A stretch of DNA of 64,000 bases from Acidimicrobiales bacterium mtb01 (lineage in GTDB: Bacteria > Actinomycetota > Acidimicrobiia > Acidimicrobiales > Ilumatobacteraceae), in assembly GCA_004379135.1 (NCBI GenBank), contig NBNI01000006.1, positions 249,160-313,159 of the forward strand, written 5' to 3'. The notes beneath the pieces are model-generated. The model saw only the letters and a list, made by a program, of their open reading frames with translations, was not told the DNA's origin and made no database searches. Both the position numbers and the translations under genes were made by a program. This document shows, in pieces, positions 63,741 to 64,000 of the stretch. Every line of letters begins with the position of its first letter. Position 1 is the first letter of the stretch.

Positions 63741-63953
63741 ATGAAAAGGAATTTCACCACTCGCTTGGCCGCTGGCACTCTGCTGATGCTCGGGGCGACC
63801 GCGTTGACGGCCTGCTCGGATGACGACTCGAAGACGTCGACCGACATCACCCATGATGTCGAGACGCTCGAGTCGGAGGTCGATTCACTCCTGGCCGAAA
63901 TCGACGAGGTCGAGACCATCGACTCCGTCTCGGCCGGCATCCTCGCCGACTGA
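63741..63953 (+). CDS. small lipoprotein, function unknown
   Basis: 70 aa. The lipobox is LGATALTACSDDD. GAGGAG lies upstream, 9 nt after the previous stop. Confidence 0.55.
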   Translation: MKRNFTTRLAAGTLLMLGATALTACSDDDSKTSTDITHDVETLESEVDSLLAEIDEVETIDSVSAGILAD

Positions 63954-64000
63954 GGCGACTCAACCGATCTTGACGAACTGCCATCCCGTCGACTTCAGTC

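Overview
This is a densely coding, high-GC chromosomal window. It looks Actinomycetota-like, based on a mycothiol/DinB-type enzyme, an F420-PPOX protein, UPF0182, DivIVA and a PDZ-Lon protease. I support about 75 CDS and one tRNA.

Most of the window is housekeeping:
- metF, purH and sucCD
- a DEAD-box helicase
- a BMP-type ABC transporter with a Rieske oxygenase
- xthA and mtnN
- modABC followed by a PadR regulator
- prfC and selO

Many long ORFs in the track are antisense artefacts of the high GC content. I have not called them.

The standout feature is a genomic island of about 12.25 kb (29807-42095) inserted into the 3' end of an initiator-type tRNA-Met gene. It is bounded by a perfect 18-bp direct repeat. 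The island carries:
- a complete type I restriction-modification system (hsdM, hsdS, hsdR) preceded by a small helix-turn-helix (HTH) gene
- an excisionase-like HTH gene
- a degenerate tyrosine-recombinase-like gene translationally coupled to an IS4-type (YREK) transposase-like gene
- several orphan genes

My best candidate for an undescribed, defence-type system is the tightly coupled three-gene operon at 30037-32252. It encodes a TIGR04255-like protein, an HTH multidomain protein and a 244-aa orphan. A neighbouring cassette (32706-33532) encodes a membrane-anchored protein and a 58-aa, 8-Cys zinc-ribbon ORF that is absent from the ORF track.

A second candidate cluster lies at 8994-11914. 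It contains a 510-aa coiled-coil protein with a RelE/ParE-like C-terminal signature, an ECF-sigma-like protein, and two convergent paralogous small proteins.

All functional calls rest on motif recognition by eye. No database search was run.
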